Notes: generated by a model from the letters alone, not told the origin. Shown: positions 23,452-36,512, numbered from the stretch's first letter. The stretch is 64,000 nucleotides of DNA from Mytilus californianus (GCF_021869535.1 NW_026262745.1:12772001-12836000); one strand, 5' to 3'. Numbers and translations are program-made.

Positions 23452-26400
23452 TCAGTCATCCTTTGCACAGCAAGCGAAACTGACGCCACAGCAACACAAT
23501 AGACAGGAGATTCCTATGAGAATGTAGGTAGCGTTCAGTAACCAGAAGGAGAAGTAAAACAGTACTGGTTGACAGTAATCAGCTTTCGTAGAATCAGTAG
23601 AGAAATTGTTGTGTGTTCTGTATATCCATACGTTGCCTGCAGAATAGAAAGACGAGAGAAATTTAACTTTACCAACATAACTTGACAGTCGAGTCATCTC
23701 GATCTTATTTCATACTTCTGGTATATGTACTGGTGCTATGACAGTGTTATTAATTGTGTAGATTGCAGTTTGTTTAACGTCCAGTTGCAAATATGTCATG
23801 CATATTCCGGACGAACACAAACCATTCATGAAATTAGTACAGTATGCCCAACTGACACCCATCTTTTAAAGCATTACTTTACTACCGGATTGGAGGGTCA
23901 TATTTCTTTCCCTTGTCTACCATTGCCTGGTTTTCAATGGGAAGACAGCAATTAAGTTGGTGTAATTTGCCTGACTCGAGTGTCCAGTTATGTTGGTAAC
24001 ACATGTTAACATCAGGCCATATAAGGTATATATAATATCATGCAAATCATGTTGAATGACGATGAATAATAGGTCAACTTTCAACGTGAATTTATTTACA
24101 TTATTCCCTATAACTTGAAAGGGGGGGGGGGGGGGGTATGGTTTTTTCTTGAAAAAAATATTCTGATCCCCAATTTGATGAAAAAAAATATTGTGGTCAA
24201 GCAGTTGACAAAAAAAAATATTCTGAATCCAGATTTCCCAATACCTCAAAGTGTTAAATTTTGAAAAAAATAATTTGATTGATAATCAGCGTCGAAAAAC
24301 TAAACTTTCCGCGAAAAAAAATTTCTGTTTCAGACAAAAAACCTTACTCCCCCCTTTGAAGTTAAATGGTTGCTGCCTGACTAAATAGAATATTGGTTCA
24401 GTTAATGAAAATAACACTTAACTCATTTCGTGAGTCCAAAGTGCAGTGCTGGATTCACTTTAACCGGAAATGCTCAATTCCAAACATTTGAAAGACAAGG
24501 ATGTATAAATGTCACATACCACAAATGAACCAAGCAAATAGAAAACAACCAATCAATCCATCAAAGAAATTTGTCGGTGCACCCCCTTCTTGTTCCTCCT
24601 CGGTTCTCTTGGCTTTACTTTTCTGTAGCAAACTAGACAGATCTTTGACAATAGAGAAAGCACCAGCTACTATTAAGTAAATAGGAATTAAACGTTGTGC
24701 TGGACAATCATGTAGATATAAGCTTCCTGTAATAAGAAAAGAACTGTCAAATTTTAAACGGTTACTACTAATCTTCAAATGTTCATCTCGAATAAATGGT
24801 TTTTTTTTTATCTCAAAACTGCAGGGTGTTACCAATGACGTTTTGAAAATGTGATAATTTTCTTTATGAATCTTATAAGTACCATAACATGCCTTTTCCT
24901 TTTTAAAAATTCTATATTTCCTGACAACAAAAGGTAATTATATTAACCTTTGTCGGACCAGAAGTTAAAAACCATAATAATTCTTCATGCAATTGATATA
25001 AATTTCAATTATTGCACAATTAAAGTTCTAACAAAATGTTGCATACGTTATATTGTATCACATTGCTATGCTCACAAGTTATAAGACTTTGCAATTGATT
25101 CCTACAATTCCAAAATCCTTTTAAATTAATTTCAACTAAATGGATATACATGCCTGTTTTTTTTCAGATATTCTACTACTACTAGCAAATACATTTATGG
25201 AAATGTAACCCATCACAATTAAAGGGGACCATTGGCATGGATTTTGGTTATGACACCACTTCTTAACAACGTTCTTAGTTCGACCCTTTGCCAAAATAAA
25301 AAAGAAATTTAAAATTAAAAGAACGATTTAGTATTTCTTCTAATGCTCTTACCTGTAAGCATTCTGTAAATCTAATAAAAAAGCTACAATTGTCTGAACA
25401 ATCAATATGCTTTGCTCTGCTCATAAAACAATCATCAGACTTTGCTCTGATCATAAAAAGATACAACTTTGCTAATTTTGAAATAAAAACGTTCAAATAA
25501 ACAATTAACCTACAATTGTCGTTTTTTCTAATATGGATAGTTGATTCGCACAGCCGATAAGCATGTAAATTTACTCTTTTACAAATAAAATAACGTTTTG
25601 GTTAAATATTAACCAACAGTTGACACCTTTCTTGTATAGGTCGTTGTTTCGCTCTGATCATAAGAATATCATATGATACATACCTATGATTATACAAGCA
25701 ATTGGTATCGACAGGAACAGGACAAGGAGAATGGTACAGATCGCTAGAATAATAATAAATTTATTTACATAATAATTTCATTTTTCTATTTAATTGATGT
25801 TTAACAACCTCCATCAGGGACCAAACGGAGACACCAAACGGGCTTTCTAATAATAGTAAAATGTACTTATTTTAATGCCGAGGATATATTTTTTAATTAT
25901 GAAGAAAAATAAGGAGTTGGGAAAAGGGGAATTATAAATTCATTGTGATCTGTTAGGTCTTTTAAAAAAAAGATGCAAGAGCGACCTATATAATTGTTTA
26001 AGTAAGTAAAACTTTGTTATGCTTAGAGCTTTACACACATTATAATAGAAAAGAAAAGATATTTGGTACCCATCCATGACACAAAATCAGTACATACACA
26101 GCAACAAACACAACTAGAGGCTCTCAAGAGCCTGTGTCGCTCACCTGACTCTACTTTGGTTTTAGAAATCATGTAAAGATAGATAAAAATCATAACAGAT
26201 ACCCAAATAATGATTGAGGCCAAATTTTGATTAATATTGGTCCCGTTATTTAATAAAATATCCTGGTGGCCATCTTGAACAGTAAATCGGCAACAAAGTA
26301 GCAACACTTGGTCAGCACTTCATAAGGAACATTCATGCCATGTTTGGTTTCATTCCATTCAGTGGTACTCTAAAAGAAGACATTTGTATGTATTTCCCAT

Positions 26401-28841
26401 AGGGTCCTATGTTAAACTAAGCCCCCCCCCCCCCTAGCGGCCATCTTGGATGATGGATCGACTGCAAAGTAACAACACTTGGTCAGCAACTCATAAGGAA
26501 CATTCATGCCATGTTTGGTTCAATTCCATTCAGTGGTTCTCTAAAAGAAGACAATTGTATGTATTTCCCATAGGGTCCTATGTTAAACTAAGTCCCCCGC
26601 TGTCGGCCATCTTGGATGATGGATCGGCTGCAAAGTAACAACACTTGGTCAACATCTCATAAGGAACATTCATGCCATGTTTGGTTCCATTCCATTCAGT
26701 GGTTCTCTAAAAGAAGACATTTTTATGTATTTCCCATAGGGTCCTATGTAAAACTAAGTCCCCCGCTGGGGGCCATCTTGGATGATGGATCAGCTACAAA
26801 GTAACAACACTTGGTCAGCATCTCATAAGGAAGATTCATGCCATGTTTGGTTTCATTCCATTCAGTGGTTCTCTAAAAGAAGACATTTGTATGTATTTCC
26901 CATAGGGTCCTATGTTAAACTAAGTTCCCCGATGGCAGCCATCTTAGATGATGGATCGGCTACAAAGTAACAACACATGGTCAACACCTCATAAGGAACA
27001 TTCATGCCATGTTTGGTTTTATTCCATTCAGTGGTTCTCTAAAAGAAGTCATTTGTATGCATTTCCCATAGGGTCCTATGTTAAACTAAGTCCCCCGCTG
27101 GCGGCCATCTTGGATGATGGATCGGCTACAAAGTAACAACACTTGGTGAGCACCTCATAAGGAACATTCATGCCATGTTATGTTTTATTCCATTCAGTGG
27201 TTCTCTAAAAGAAGTCATTTGTATGCATTTCCCATAGGGTCCTATGTTAAACTTAGTCCCCCGCTGGCGGCCATCTTGGATGATGGATCGGCTACAAAGT
27301 AACAACACTTGGTCAGCACCTCATAAGGAACATTCATGCCATGTTTGGTTTCATTCCATTCAGTGGTTCTCTAGAAGAAGTTCAAAATGTAAAAAGTTAA
27401 CGCCGACGACGGACGACGACGGACGACGCCGGACGACGCCGGACGACGACGGACGACGGACGACGGACGCCAAGTGATGAGAAAAGCTCACTTGGCCCTT
27501 CGGGCCAGGTGAGCTAAAAAGCAAAGGACCAGCGCTTTTATTGCTGTTCTTTATCTCAAAGTCACAGTGAGGCCTTCATCACGGAGCAAAAAATCTCACC
27601 TCACTACAAGTTTAAGACGGCTCCTAGCAACGGTTTGAGTAGATTTTTTTGGAAACTGACGATCACGCCACAACTGTGAATTAAAGAACGAAGCTATGGA
27701 TAGACTTGTTTCTACATTTCTATCATAAAGGAATAACAGTTCTGTAGTCGAAGAGTTGTCGCCGTCAATTGACGATTTGATGGTCGCAAATGCAGTTTTA
27801 CTTGCGACACGTACTGTGTCGTAGCGTTGTTTTTGAGGTAGGTGTTGTATGATTTTCGATTGTATTGTAGTAATGGAACTTTAGTTGATTCAAGCAATTC
27901 AATCTTAGTGGCGACATGCCAACTGTGGATTTGTACTTTACTTTTGTTCATGTACTATGTAATGTGAAGAACTTCTTTTTAATATGCAGCGTTTTCAAGC
28001 GCATGATTCGGTTTATCGAAGATTTAACTTGGCATCCTGGACAAACCTCCTCTTCGCGTCAGTTCGTCTACTGTCGAGCAGTAAGCTAGTATGATCCCAG
28101 TCTATCGAAGATTCAGTCCGTTGGTATATGTTTGTAAAAAGTTACAAAGGAGAAAAGTCCGTTGATCGAGTAGGCTACTGGTCCGTTGAGAGTAACTTGT
28201 AAACAATTGCTACAAATTTTGTAGGACTTTTTTTTATTTTCTAGTATTCATATTTTTTTGAAATGAAGAACAAAAAATCTTGAAAACTGCTCATGTTAAA
28301 AATTTAGTAAGTCTTATTCTATTTGTAATGATATAAATTCACTATTATAATTTTTAATCTGCATAACATTACTAAAGAAAACAGATAGATGTAGGGCGGT
28401 GCCTTTGTTTACATTGTGTTATACCAAAATCCTCGATTGAGTTACACGCCTTCATTGATTTCACTATTATGCGTGATTTTACCATATTGTATTGTGATAG
28501 TGACAGACTTAATCCTTATCAATTTGCTATATGTATTGAAATATATTGAACACATATTAATACTATATTCTTCAAAATACTTTTTTTCAAAAATCCAGAT
28601 CAACAAACCGTGCTACTCAGATCAACGAACTTTTCTCCCTTATGTAGATCAACGGACTGAGTCTCCGATGAACCGAACGACACCCTTCGTTATCATTGGT
28701 TGTTTTACACTGCCAAGTGTTACTTACTAGATCCAAGGATAATTGTAAACCCTCTCTTAGCAAAACTAACGTTCCCATCTGAAGTATGTCTTGCTTCCTT
28801 AAGTTTTCCGTAAATGGAATCGTACGAAGGAGGTGGCGATT
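23452..28841 (-). CDS. TMEM272: TMEM272-like 4-TM protein, paralogue C (first coding exon unresolved)
   Basis: Exons 28728-28841 (xSPPPSYDSIYGKLKEARHTSDGNVSFAKRGFTIILGS), 25684-25743 (TICTILLVLFLSIPIACIII), 24520-24726 (GSLYLHDCPAQRLIPIYLIVAG...CFLFAWFIC) and 23452-23636 (GNVWIYRTH...YCQPVLFYFSFW...CCCGVSFACCAKDD*). All GT-AG phase 1, sizes 114/60/207/185. Confidence 0.85.
26112..27520 (+). mobile_element. Helentron-associated non-autonomous element (HINE/DINE-like) with an internal 166-bp satellite array
   Basis: The 5' end is AACTAGAGGCTCTCAAGAGCC...GCTCACC. About 6.4 tandem 166-bp units follow, then a GACGAC microsatellite (27405-27470). The 3' end is GCTCAC-TTGGCCC-TTC-GGGCCA-GGTGAGC-TAAAAA (subterminal inverted repeat plus hairpin). 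Confidence 0.8.
26308..27380 (+). repeat. 166-bp tandem satellite (~6.4 units)
   Basis: Repeated ORF starts at 26450, 26616, 26782 and 26948 give the period of 166. The unit contains GGCCATCTTGGATGATGGATCG. Confidence 0.95.
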
Positions 28842-29700
28842 CTGCAATAGAAGCATAGAACACAATGTATCATAATCGGATGTTATTTCTTAGAATGTGA
28901 CAAAACAGAACTTTGAATTACGTTAAACAATTTAAATAGTATATATAATTGAGAAGACATTTTTATCCAGGTTTAATGCGACAATACATTTTTAACTTCA
29001 TAGTAAAATGAACATTTTTGATATATGAACTTTCTTCTTGTATTTGGACAAAGGAAAGATATTGTGTGCACAGCAACATGTTTTCCCAATTTGCAAAATA
29101 AAGAATTTTCATTAGATCTATTTCATACGTAATTGATATTTGAAGCACCTTGTATGTATTACTTCTTTGAATTGTTATGCATGTTTCTAAATCATATTTT
29201 CATATCTTTGTAAATCTCGAATTATTTACTGTACATGTACATAGTGAGAGTTACACATAAATTGATTCTTTGAATTTACAAGTAATAGCTTTTCCAATAA
29301 TCTTGTCGGTTTTTAGCTCATTATGTTGAAAATAGTTTTTTTTTTTTTTTGCTTTGTATTTTCATCCATTCAGAATATTGCTCTGCATATAAATTGTGAT
29401 TTCTAAATCACTTGCGTTTTGGCCTGTACTTATTTCAATAAACTTGTTTTATAAATCAATTTTCCAGCAGACATGTCATATTTACTCTCTGTTTGAGAAA
29501 AGTGTGATCAAGATCTTTCATTAATTGTCCCGATAAAACAACTAACAAACGTTTTAGATCCCCTCGAATCTTTATCATACCGGAAATTGTGACCTACTTC
29601 TGCAGGTTCCATGCAGGAGCGCATAAAGGAACATGTACTTTAGTTACCTGCTTTTCGCTTATTATTGTTTTGCACAAAAATAATGACATGCCGCTGGTTA

Positions 29701-30009
29701 TAAAATTGAGAATGGAAATGGGGAATATGTCAAAGAGACAACAACCCGACCAAAGAGCAGACAACAGCCGAAGGCCACCAATGGGTCTTCAATGCAGAGA
29801 GAAAATCCCGCACCTGGAGGTGGTCCTCAGCTGGCCCCTAAATAAAATTGTGTGCTAGTTCAGTGAAAATTGACGTCACACTAAACCCCAAAACATATAA
29901 ATGAACTAAAATTAAAAAAAAACATACAAGACCAACAAAGGCCAGAGGCTCCTGACTTGGGACAGGCACAAACATGCGGCGGGGTTAAACATGTTTTGTG
30001 AGATCTCAA
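29701..30009 (-). mobile_element. Solo 3'-terminal fragment of the Penelope-like element at 30681-32120
   Basis: Near-identical to 30681-30990 (AAAATTGAGAATGGAAATGGGGAATATGTCAAAGAGACAAC...GAGATCTCAA). Confidence 0.85.
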
Positions 30010-30680
30010 TGTCGTTTATACTTTTTATATTTGTCATGTCGGAACCTTTTATAGCTTACAATGCAGAACACAAGTATTTCTCATTGTTAAATGCTGTAGG
30101 GTAATGTATATGTGCTAACATCTATGTCATTTTGTCTCTGGTGGATAGTTACCTCGATCATTGGTAATCATACTATTATATCTTCTTATTTTTATGTTAT
30201 AAATATCTGACTGGCTAATTTTCTGGACCGTTGCTTAACATAATTATACTAAAACTATGGTTTTGAACATTTGCCAGCACTATTCACATGCATCGATCAA
30301 AGATCAACTATATAGCATTTGTTGTCAGAACATTATAATACAAACATACACATGAAGCTGTAATTATTGTTTTCTCCGATGTTAGCAAACCGAGTTCGTT
30401 CCTGTTCATTCACTTAAGGTCTCCTGAATTTGTGTATTTAATTTTGCGATTTAAGTGATTCTGTGTTGATTGCATATTTTTGAAGTCTTTGTAAAATTAT
30501 TCACAATTATTTTTTTTTCAAATTTAGTGATTGAAATATTGTAAAGACATGTATCCATTGAAGAAACCCGAGTGTTGACCTTATTTAGCTTTGTTGTTAA
30601 TTTGGCTGCTGTCTTATTTATGATACCCTACATCTAATATTTACACAAATGTATCCGGTAACACTTTATATATTTTTAAA

Positions 30681-32120
30681 TAAAATTGAGAATGGAAATG
30701 GGGAATATGTCAAAGAGACAACAATCCGACTAAAGAGCAGACAACAGCCGAAGGCCACCAATCGGTCTTCAATGCAGAGAGAAAATCCCGAACCCGGAGG
30801 TGGTCCTCAGCTGGCCCCTAAATAAAATTGTGTGCTAGTTCAGTGAAAATGGACGTCACACTAAACTCCAAAACATATAAATGAACTAAAATTAAAAAAA
30901 CATACAAGACTAACAAAGGCCAGAGGCTCCTGACTTGGGACAGGCGCAAAAATGCAGCGGGGTTAAACATGTTTTGTGAGATCTCAACCCTACCCCTATA
31001 CTTCTAGTCAATGTAGAAAAAAGAAACACATAGCAATACGCACAGTAAAACTCAGTTAAAAAAAGTCCGAGTCCGATGTCAGAATAGGTAACAAAAGAAA
31101 CTAAGCAAAATGACAATGATACATAAATGAACAAGGGACTACTAGCAGTTACTGATATGCCAGCTCCAAACCTCAATTAAACTGATTGAGAGATTATGTC
31201 TTCATCATATGAAAATCAAATACAATCCCTCCCGTTAGGGGTTTAGTATCATACCATCATAAAATATATGAGAAGAACATAAGCCGTATCATGCCAACAA
31301 CTGGTTTTAGAAAAAATGTGTTTATTTCCGATGCAAAGACCCTATGAGTGAATCAATATTAGTACCAAAATATGCAATCCTTAATGACTTGACAACAGTA
31401 TCGTAACTATATCCTTTCCGAATAAGTCTGTTTAAAGGTTTGGTTAGCTTTTGAGGTGAATGCCGACATTTTTGTGCTTTGTAAAGAATATTACCATAAC
31501 ATATTGGATGTGAAATACCTGAACGTATTAGATGTCTGCATGTTGATTTATATTTACGAATGATGTCCTTGTAGCGATGATAAAATGTAGTAAATGTTTT
31601 GACTAGTTTGTGATATCGAAAACCCCGGTGTAATAATTTTTCAGTAATACAGAGATTTCTTTCGTTGAAATCAAATACGTTGTTACATACACGAGCGAAA
31701 CGAACAAGTTGAGATATATAAACACCATAAGATGGCGACAAGGAAACGTCACCATCTAAAAATGGATAATTAACAATAGGAAATGAAAAATCATCTCTTT
31801 TATCATAAATTTTGGTATTAAGCTTCCCGTTAAAGATAAAGATATCAAGATCCAGGAAAGGGCAGTGTTCATTGTTAGTATTAGCTTTATTGAAAGTCAG
31901 TTCGGCAGGATAAATCTCTTTAGTGTACATACTGAAGTCGTCATTATTGAGAGTCAATATATCATCTAAATATCTAAAAGTGTTATTAAATTTTTGAATC
32001 AGATGTTGTTTCGATGGGTCTTTGCTGATTTTAGTCACAAATTGTAACTCATAACAATACAGAAACAGGTCCGCAATAAGTGGTGCACAGTTAGTCCCCA
32101 TGGGAATTCCGATAACCTGT
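30681..32120 (-). mobile_element. 5'-truncated Penelope-like retroelement (probably Naiad-type): RT C-terminal half plus a ~640-bp 3' region
   Basis: ORF 31322-32134 has GIPMGTNCAPLIADLFL, FRYLDD, PFLDLDI and YDKRDDF...YGVYISQLVRFAR without stops, and no C-terminal GIY-YIG domain. Confidence 0.85.
31322..32120 (-). CDS. Reverse transcriptase (Penelope-like), partial, catalytic YLDD intact
   Basis: Uninterrupted frame of about 265 codons. The 5' end is truncated just before QVIGIPMG. Confidence 0.8.
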
Positions 32121-33983
32121 ATACTTGCTTTCAAAACGGACCTTAACCGACGCTAATGTGTATAAAATACCCCCCGGTTCCCCTAAAAAAAAAGGACCTG
32201 TATCAAATGTATGAAGATATATTATTTTCCCCTTAGGAAGTTGACCTTAGAAGTAGACCGTTTTGTCATCAGAACCTAGTCCGAATAATTTAACCGTCTT
32301 GAAAAGTTATTTTTAAGTTTTTTTGCTGTGATGCCTTCCTGCGCAAAAAAAATAGACATCTCAATTATTCGCACTACACTGTACCGTGATGGACGTTGGC
32401 GTGATAAGAAATTTGACATATGTTTTCATCAACCCACCTCTCCACCAGACCCGGTATAAATGAACATCAAAATTAATAGAAACTTGAGATAAAGACATTT
32501 TTATACTTTTGAATTATATCGTTAATAGATACTCATCTTTGATTTTTGTTAACTACAGACAAAACCATACACGATCCTTTCTATTTATGTGTTTATGAAC
32601 ATTTGTACATGGCTCTGCACAATCACGACAGTGTGTTTCTTGATATAGCGTAACTTAGTTAAATCACCACGTGTGCATTTTATACATCACAAACACGCTT
32701 ATGCTTCGGCTATTTATAGATAAGCGTTTAAAATTATTATCCTGTATAACGATACGCATGAGTGATAACTAATACACATCAACAAGGTAATTATGAATGC
32801 GAAAGTTAAAATAATATTTATATTTGATGCAAACACAATTAAATAATAAAGACAGAACAAAACTAAATTAATTTGAATCACTTTAGCGTTTAGCATTGTG
32901 GCATTAAAATATCGATTCAACACTTCACTTTCAACTTCAATGAACACTTCACTGGCATTTTTATAACCTACTATCATGATTTCTTTCCGGCCACACTTAC
33001 GGATACGCTCGCATATAATAGATGCACCTCTGTCAACGTATATTTGTTCCGCCTAACAGAAGTTCCACTGGAAACTTTGTTATAAACAATGTCATAATAT
33101 CTGTTCCTGTTGGAACAAATATTCTATACCATTTATTCCGTTAGGAACATTTACTATAATATTTATTCCAGTGGAAATAATATTCCAGAATATTGTTTCC
33201 ATTTGGAACTTATATTATGAAGGAACTTCTATTCCGTGACACCTCTATATTACCCAATCAGATGTCAAGAAAGCCTTTATTTTATACGGAACAAGCTATA
33301 TCTTTTTAATGTTTACCAATGAGAATCCATTAAAACATTTATCCCATTGTGACTTGAAGCGTAACTATGACTAATTAGACCGGGTCTCAAGTGATACACT
33401 TAACGTTATATTACTTGTCCACTTTCAGTACATGCACAGCAAAAAACACTTAAAATTATTTTTTTTAAATCGTATAATTTGTAAATTAAAGAATGGTGAT
33501 ATGTTATTAACATCATATATAGGAAGTAATTTGAAGAACAAATCGTATATAATGCAGATTAAACATAGGGAATGCGTAATAATGTATCAGTTTTGACTAT
33601 CAGCGCTTATCAGCAATATGGTCATCGATCGGTGTGAAATATCCATACTGATCTGAATTCTGATCTTCCGTATATATTTTCTTCTCTACATTACCTATTT
33701 CTGGAATTTATAACTCATACAGGTCCGGCAATAGACAATAGACTCTTATCCATATCATTAGAAATCAATCAAAACCAACCAGGGTTTTCGATATCACAAA
33801 CTAGACTTAGAAGTCAAAACATTTACTAAATTTTATCATCGGTACAAGGACATCATTCGTAAATATAAATTAACATGCAGACATCTTATAAGTTCAGGTA
33901 TTTCACGTCCAATCTTTTATGGTAATATTCTTTACAAAGCACAAAAATGTCGGCATTCACCTCAAAAGCTAACCAAACCTTTA

Positions 33984-35548
33984 CAGCTCTTTTCATAATG
34001 CTAGCAAGACAAAGAATTGTTTGGCTTGCTTGCTTTGTTTGTGTCAATGTTTGCTCAAGCATTGTTATTAACATTGACATATATATGAAAACAACAAAAA
34101 AAGGGGGATTTAAGTAATAGTTATACACCGAGGGATAGGTGTGTCTGGATAAGAAACTCGGTCGGCCGGAGGCCGGAGGGGTTTCTTATCCAGACACACC
34201 GTATCCCGAAGTGTATAACTACCTTACACCCCATTCTAAACCCTATATTTGTTAACATTGATTATTAAATGAAAAAAAAACCAAAAACGATAGCATATTT
34301 ATTGACAATATCAAACCATGATTTATAAGAATATTTTTATTACATGAAACCCCGCTAGTAACCTTTCTTTGGTTATCTTCGTTCAAACTTTGACACGTGA
34401 GTATATTTTACAAATGTCAAAGTTGTTTTGCATATTCCCGTTAAATCCATGTGCTAATATGGATCAGCAGGTCAAGGTTGACTGTTTCGTGTATTCTTAT
34501 TACAAACAAAAAAAAAATACATCATGCTCCTGGTATACAGTTGTCAATATGGACGGGTATAAGACGGACGACATTTTGTGGCAAGCGGTGGATTTGGTAG
34601 AAGAGACTAAAGATAAAGGCAATATTATAACCCAAAGTACTTACCTGTATCAGTTTAATAAAGTTAATCAAAACTGTATTTTATATCTTACGATTTTATC
34701 AAAAACAAAAGCCCCCCCCCCCCCCCCCCTCCCTCTCTCTTCTCGAGAATAAAAAAAAAAACATTCATATTCGAACATACTAAGGGATAGGTGTGTCTGC
34801 ATTATAAAACCCTTCTACCAGACACGCTCAACATACAATATTTAATATAAAGGAACTCCCTTTTTGGGGCATTTAAATAAAAGTCGGGTCTAACCCGCGG
34901 AACCCCCCGGATCGGGCTCTGGGTAACCGGAGGAGGTATCCGGGAGTTAGAATCCCCATTTTTTTAAAAGATCAATGCTTTAGAATAGAGACGTATGACT
35001 GGGATAAAAAAAATACCTTCAAGCAAAAGAGTATTAAAGGATTATTTTTGTATTCCATATAGATGCTTATTGTAATTTCCTAAAATGTGTTTTTTTTTTA
35101 AATATCATGAAACAATTTGTAGTGAACATTATTAGTAATTTCTTATGTTCATGCTATTTAAAAAAATAATCAATTTCTATTGTTACGAATAACAATGGAC
35201 TTTGTTTGCGGGATGTAGAAGCAGGGGTTTCCAGAAACCCCGCTTGTCACACCCTGTGGTCAAAATCCATTGTTATTCGTAACAATAGATATATTCAATT
35301 TACGCTTGTTTCAGAAATAGAAACTATGAAGTATAACAATAGAACTGGGGTGTAAACTTGTATACATTATATTTAAATTTGATTGGACATTATCAAATAA
35401 TCAAATTTACCTATACACAGGTTTAACTCCGCCTACTTATATTGTTTGCAGCTGTCAATCTTAATTACAATGCTTGAGCAAACATTTATACAAACAAAGC
35501 AAGCAAGTCAAACAAACCTTTGCCTTGTTAGCATTATGAAAAGAGCTG
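33984..35548. mobile_element. Non-autonomous Tc1/mariner-type DNA transposon, 1565 bp, ~96-bp TIRs, TA TSD
   Basis: TA|CAGCTCTTTTCATAATGCTAGCAAG...CTTGTTAGCATTATGAAAAGAGCTG|TA. Removing the element and one TA restores the PLE sequence AAACCTTTAAACAGAC. Confidence 0.85.
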
Positions 35549-36021
35549 TAAACAGACTTATTCGGAAGGGATATAGTTACGTTACTGTTGTCAAGTCATT
35601 AAGGATTGCATATTTTGGTATTAATATTGATTCACTCATAGGGTCTTTGCATCGGAAATAAACACATTTATTCTAAAACCAGTTGTTGGCATGATACGGG
35701 TTATGTTCTTCTCATATATTTTATGATGGTATGACACTAAACCCTTAACGAGAGGGATTGTACTTGATTTTCATATGATGAAGACATAATATTTCAATCA
35801 GTTTAATTGAGGTCTGGAGCTGGTGTATCAGTAACTGCTGGTAGTCCTTTGATAATTTATGTATCATTGTCATTTTGCTTAGTTTCTTTTGTTAATTATT
35901 CTGACATCGGACACAGACTTCTTTTAAACTGAGTTTTACTGTTCGTATTGCTGTGTGTTTCTTTATTCTACATTGGCGAGAGGTATAGGGGGAGGGTTGA
36001 GATCTCACAAAACATGTTTAA

Positions 36022-36512
36022 TTTATTTTGTATTTACATTGTATCATAGGTCAAATTTATTTGTTCAGTGTATGTTTAATGGTGTTAATATGTCCTTTGA
36101 TTGAGTTAAGCTATTTCAGTTGATATTTTATAGTGTGTCTTTCTATGTTGTGATGTTACACTATTGTTTCAGAAAAAGGGTGAAGGTTTGGTACCATTAA
36201 AACGTTTAAACCCGCTGCATTTGTTTGCACCTGTCCTAAGTCAGGAATCTGATGTTCAGTAGTTGTCGGTTGTTGATGTGGTTCATAAGTGTTTCTCGTT
36301 TCTCGTTTTTTATATAGATTAGACCGTTGGTTTTCCCGTTTGAATGGTTTTACACTAGTAATTTTTGGGGCCCTTTATAGCTTACTGTTCGGTGTGAGCC
36401 AAGGCTCCGTGTTGAAGACCGTACTGTGACCTATAATGGTTTACTTTTATAAATTTTGACTTGGATGGAGAGTTGTCTCATTGGCACTCATACCACATCT
36501 TCTTATATCTAT
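36022..36512 (+). mobile_element. 3' end of a different repeat family (probably PLE) nested in the PLE 3' region
   Basis: It interrupts CATGTTTAA|CCCCGCCG with a (T)TAA overlap and ends GTTGTCTCATTGGCACTCATACCACATCTTCTTATATCTAT, as at 51045-51097. Confidence 0.65.

Noticed and set aside
26450-27477. Five similar 62-77-aa ORFs (MMDRLQSNNTW...) suggesting a peptide gene array or a CRISPR-like locus
   Set aside because: They are by-products of a 166-bp satellite. Whole units repeat with no unique spacers, and there are no cas genes in this eukaryotic context.
29100-30430. Candidate first coding exons for paralogue C (near 29595-29640, 29645-29690 and 30338-30425)
   Set aside because: None gave a convincing combination of phase-1 donor, ATG and similarity to paralogue A exon 1.
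34369-34752. 127-aa ORF inside the long-TIR transposon
   Set aside because: No DDE or HTH motifs, and it ends in homopolymer runs. It is not a transposase.
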